Shown in pieces: positions 60,362 through 64,000 of a stretch of DNA of 64,000 nucleotides; within the stretch, counting starts at the first letter, position 1, and the number at the start of each line of letters is the position of its first letter. The stretch lies in sequence record KX130863; one strand, written 5' to 3'. A program made the position numbers and the translations under genes. Source of the DNA: Shigella phage SHSML-45. The notes beneath the pieces were generated by a model, which was given only the letters and a program-made list of their open reading frames with translations, was not told the DNA's origin and made no database searches.

Positions 60362-61309
60362 TTACTTGTTACGCATATCCATAATCATCTGGCCATCGTA
60401 ACCAGTGCCAACTACTGTTTGAGGTACACCGCCTTGATATTTCTGAGCACGAATCATTTCAACTTCTAGTTGTTTCCAGCGAATCATCTCAGGAGTAATA
60501 GTACGTTGCAGAGCGGCGTTAGCTTCGGCTTCCTTCTTAGCTGCGTACAGTTTAGCATCTGCATCACGTTCGTTTGCAATAGCTTGGTTGTTACGAGCTT
60601 CACGATCTGCTTCTGCTTGTTTAACCTTCTGCTGTGCTTCTTGTTCAACACGAGCCAACTCAGCTTTCGCAGCATTAACTTGTTCCTCACGAACTTTGGT
60701 ATTCTGTACCTGTTCCACGATTACAGGCGGCAAAGTAATATCCTGAAGGAACACTTGCTTAACTGTGTAACCATAAGGGCGTGCATACTCTTCAACTTCC
60801 TGTTGAATTGCGGTTTGTAATTGAGCCTGGATTTTAGCATCAAACAAATCTTGTGCTTTAGGAACAGACTTACCGAACTCACGAATAGTGGACAGTAATT
60901 TTTCAGTTACATATTTGTCTAATGCTTGATCCTGGGTACCTGCGTTAATACGGTTAATCGGTGCCTTAGAACCATCAAACTGCAACATAACAGTCAGGTC
61001 AACAGTGGATTTAAACTTATCCTGACTAGGAACCTGAAGTTTATCTAATTTTACAGCAATGTCTTTTGTACTAAAAGTATCGAAAGATGCAAATGGGTTT
61101 ACAAGATGAAAACCAGGTAATACAGGATTAGGGTCTACTTTACCCAGAAATGTTTGGGTTTTAACCGTACCATCAGAAACAATAGTATATGAATTAAAAG
61201 CTAGGATTAAACCTGCTAAACCAACTACAGCACCAATACCCCAACGTTTAATAGTGCGAATTACTTTTTGCTCAGAAGTCAGTTCTTTCATATTTTTAGT
61301 ATTAAACAT
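60362..61309 (-). CDS. SPFH/band-7 (stomatin/prohibitin-like) membrane protein (315 aa)
   Basis: N-terminal TM anchor, central SPFH-like region, C-terminal Ala/Glu/Gln-rich coiled coil. Confidence 0.6.
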   Translation of the reverse strand: MFNTKNMKELTSEQKVIRTIKRWGIGAVVGLAGLILAFNSYTIVSDGTVKTQTFLGKVDPNPVLPGFHLVNPFASFDTFSTKDIAVKLDKLQVPSQDKFKSTVDLTVMLQFDGSKAPINRINAGTQDQALDKYVTEKLLSTIREFGKSVPKAQDLFDAKIQAQLQTAIQQEVEEYARPYGYTVKQVFLQDITLPPVIVEQVQNTKVREEQVNAAKAELARVEQEAQQKVKQAEADREARNNQAIANERDADAKLYAAKKEAEANAALQRTITPEMIRWKQLEVEMIRAQKYQGGVPQTVVGTGYDGQMIMDMRNK

Positions 61310-61547
61310 ATATTTCCTTATTATTTAGAAGAGTTAGCTACTACAGTTACTTTAGTTGCAGAAATAAACAGGCTAGCATCCACAGCAAATTCAGGAGCTT
61401 TGATATCTCCATTATGAAATATGACTATACCGGAGACTACTTCAAATGCTAGTGCTGTAACATCGGTGGTATTTACTTGTGAATGTTCACCTACTACTTT
61501 TACTATATATCGTGTTTTCACTTTATTTTCCTAGCAGTTAATAAAAT

Positions 61548-61622
61548 TGGCCGAGGTGACAGGATTCGAACCTGCATAAAGGAATTTAGAAGACTCCTGC
61601 CTCTCCCTTAGACTACACCCCG
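61548..61622 (-). tRNA. tRNA-Arg (UCU)
   Basis: Acceptor CGGGGTG/CACCTCG, anticodon arm GGAGT-CTTCTAA-ATTCC, T-arm GCAGG-TTCGAAT-CCTGT, encoded CCA. Confidence 0.6.
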
Positions 61623-62123
61623 TTTAAGTATTTTTAAGAACTCTCGTAAAAACTCTTAAAAATACAGACGATACCGGGAGAGTCATAAGTCTCACTCATT
61701 AAGTATTTCAAGACAAAATACAGTAACGTCTATTATTTTCCAGTTTAAGTCAAGGTGACTTAGTGGTTATGTCCTGCGGTATACTGAGGACTCGGTTAGG
61801 TTAGGGTCATGACTCCCCACCTTTTGCTGCTACTCAACAGGAGTTATCGCGAATTACCTGTGCTATTGTGCACCATTAGTGACATCTCTCATGTCAGCAT
61901 TTCCCACTTTGTGGATAGCTTGAAAAACTACTCCGATATGGAGAAAGAACTTCACTATCCTAGAATACCTTCTAAAGTTCTTCTTTAGCCTGGACATAGT
62001 TAAATCGTAATAAAACTATTCAGCAGACTGGTTGGTTAGTCTGGAACCAACTACCGCGTGGTTTAGGCAGTGCGCAACTAACCTCGGAAGCTTTTACGTT
62101 AAAAGCACCAGTTATCCAGTTCT

Positions 62124-62195
62124 TACCGACCGTAGGATTCGAACCTACATCTTCCACCAGTTACGGCTTGATAATACCGTTTATACTAGATCGGC
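62124..62195 (-). tRNA. tRNA-like sequence, anticodon undetermined, no encoded CCA
   Basis: Canonical T-arm GTAGG-TTCGAAT-CCTAC and pairable acceptor GCCGATC/GGTCGGT, but no convincing anticodon stem by manual folding. Confidence 0.4.
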
Positions 62196-62308
62196 AGTGT
62201 TACTACATAAGTGATTTCCACACCCCACTATTTATAAATTAGAGAAGAATTACTCTCTAATTTATGAATATATTATACAGAATTTATAAGCATTTAGCAA
62301 ATGAATTT

Positions 62309-62743
62309 TTAGAAAAACTCGCTAGCAATCAAGGCGGCTGTTTTACCATCATAACGCCCCGGAAACTCTGCCTTAATAGTTTTCATTAGGAGAGCTTTGG
62401 TAATACCTGGGTTTAGCTTAACCAATTCTGCAAAATATTTACGAATTTCAGTTTCAGTTAGCTGTTGTAGTGCATAATCATGCTCTAAACGCGCTAAAAG
62501 ATCTAAGTATTCAGCATCAGGAGTATAGTCAACATTCGATTTTTCAGCGGCAATCCGTGTATTCTCAATTGCTTTGAGTTGTGATTTCAACCAGTTAGTA
62601 AACTCCAGCTCAGTTACGCAATCTTTATCAATACGTTGCAGGTCTCCTAGAACCGTACTTAGATGCTTAACTGATACAGCGTCACCACTTTTGCGAGCAG
62701 CTTCAATCAACTCTCGCAGTACATAAAGCATGTTCATGCCCAT
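62309..62743 (-). CDS. hypothetical protein (144 aa)
   Basis: ORF. Confidence 0.45.
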   Translation of the reverse strand: MGMNMLYVLRELIEAARKSGDAVSVKHLSTVLGDLQRIDKDCVTELEFTNWLKSQLKAIENTRIAAEKSNVDYTPDAEYLDLLARLEHDYALQQLTETEIRKYFAELVKLNPGITKALLMKTIKAEFPGRYDGKTAALIASEFF

Positions 62744-62981
62744 TATTTCATCCCCAATGCTTGGTTAAAAGATTGTTCTGTCATAACTACTGAGACTTTG
62801 GCGAAATCAAACTTTTTAGGGTTCGTAGTGATCTCAGCAACGTTGGAAGTTTTAACAGTTTTCGTAGTACGAATACCGCGAGTGCTAACACCAATGACGA
62901 TCAAGTTTTTCATATTTCGCTTCCTCTCATTAATTTATGAAAGTATTATACAGAAGTTTAAGTATTTAAGCAAATAAATTT

Positions 62982-63431
62982 TTAAGTTTTAGTGACAGCA
63001 GGCTTATAAAATGTATGTCCCTTAATCTTAGTTGTTTTCTTAAACTTCTTTGTCCAGTATGGTTTATCTTTACCACTATGGAAGTATAAAGCTCCATGTG
63101 TAGGATCTTGTGGTAAATCAACGTAGTATATCACTCTAGCTAAATTCTTGGCAGTTTGCCAAGCCTCATCGGTTTTATCAACTTTTGGTCTCTTAGATAC
63201 CCAAGAGAACTGGTTAGACTGATATACTACTTTACAGTAGGAATCTGGAAATTTGCCGGAGTTTACACGGTTTTTAGTAACCTGTGCAACCGCCATCATT
63301 CCCTTTATGCCCTCACCACGACTCTCGAAATAGATATTTTTAGCAATGCAATCTATTTCTTTTGCATCGTGCGATGCTTGACTACTAAAGCTGAAGGTAA
63401 GGGCAGCTACTAAAAGCAAAGCTGCCTTCAT
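62982..63431 (-). CDS. secreted cell wall hydrolase, SleB-like (149 aa)
   Basis: N-terminal signal peptide (MKAALLLVAALTFSFSSQA); motif NIYFESRGEG...MAVAQVTKNRV typical of SleB-type hydrolases. Confidence 0.55.
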   Translation of the reverse strand: MKAALLLVAALTFSFSSQASHDAKEIDCIAKNIYFESRGEGIKGMMAVAQVTKNRVNSGKFPDSYCKVVYQSNQFSWVSKRPKVDKTDEAWQTAKNLARVIYYVDLPQDPTHGALYFHSGKDKPYWTKKFKKTTKIKGHTFYKPAVTKT

Positions 63432-63443
63432 TCTTTTTACTCC

Positions 63444-63875
63444 TTAAAATAGATCATATTCTAATCTATTGGGATTTTCTCGGTATCCATAAGACGTAAG
63501 AGTACCCCTCATATACTCTGCGTCAACAGGATTAGATGTTACTAGAACCACTTTTAGTGGTCTTTGACCTAAAAATAGTATATGATCTAATAAGTCTTTT
63601 CCTTGTACCTCTGGATCTCCTAAATCTGAGTCCATAAATAAATAGGATCCTGTGAAACTAAATATATCTGATAGCTCCAGCGCACCTATAACTGTACGAC
63701 AAATAATGGACATTTCAGGTAGATCTCTAACATCGTCTATTAGAATATTGGTCTGCTTCCCAATTTCTGCATTACATAAACCATTTACTAGTTTTTCTCT
63801 TTCCCCTTTAGCTTGTTCGAAAGTGGTGAAGCCAGGAGATACGAAAAACTTTCCACCTAATGTAATGCTATACAC
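63444..63875 (-). CDS. hypothetical protein (143 aa)
   Basis: ORF. Confidence 0.45.
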   Translation of the reverse strand: MYSITLGGKFFVSPGFTTFEQAKGEREKLVNGLCNAEIGKQTNILIDDVRDLPEMSIICRTVIGALELSDIFSFTGSYLFMDSDLGDPEVQGKDLLDHILFLGQRPLKVVLVTSNPVDAEYMRGTLTSYGYRENPNRLEYDLF

Positions 63876-64000
63876 AAAACCCTCGGGGAGGAGTTCTACA
63901 CCTACGGTTTTATTAGTATTAATCCTATTTAACTTAAAATTTGTCTCTCTTAGATTAATAATTCTGTTATCCCACGGTATAGTATTTATATGGTCGATCA

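Overview
This window reads as a T5-like (Demerecviridae) siphophage genome segment. All calls come from reading the sequence and from recalled knowledge of T5 protein families; no database search was run. From 1 to about 23.7 kb there is a contiguous minus-strand morphogenesis block whose gene order and product lengths match T5: L-shaped fibre start, p132-like, pb4, pb3 hub, pb9, tape measure, tail tube, capsid, protease, decoration, portal, two homing-endonuclease-like genes, large and small terminase, and a 585-aa receptor-binding protein. A divergent lipoprotein gene (Llp-like) with a clean sigma70-type promoter sits next to the receptor-binding gene, followed by four translationally coupled small membrane-protein genes. 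From about 25.5 to 31 kb lies a GC-richer pre-early-like block (HAD-type Dmp-like, 555-aa A1-like metallophosphoesterase, A2-sized protein, HNH genes). From 31.2 to 37.2 kb is a repeat-dense, low-coding region: DnaA-box-like sites, a roughly 130-bp imperfect inverted repeat pair bracketing a 3.3-kb plus-strand gene cassette, and eight copies of a GTGCAAATCCGA motif around an HNH gene. From 37 to 64 kb is a minus-strand early-type region with many small ORFs, tandem phosphoesterases, endolysin and holin, a dNMP-kinase-like gene, six further homing-endonuclease-like genes, a GrcA-like glycyl radical protein and a cluster of at least eleven tRNA genes, some atypical. The most promising candidates for undescribed biology are the inverted-repeat-bracketed cassette and the uncharacterised genes of the pre-early region.
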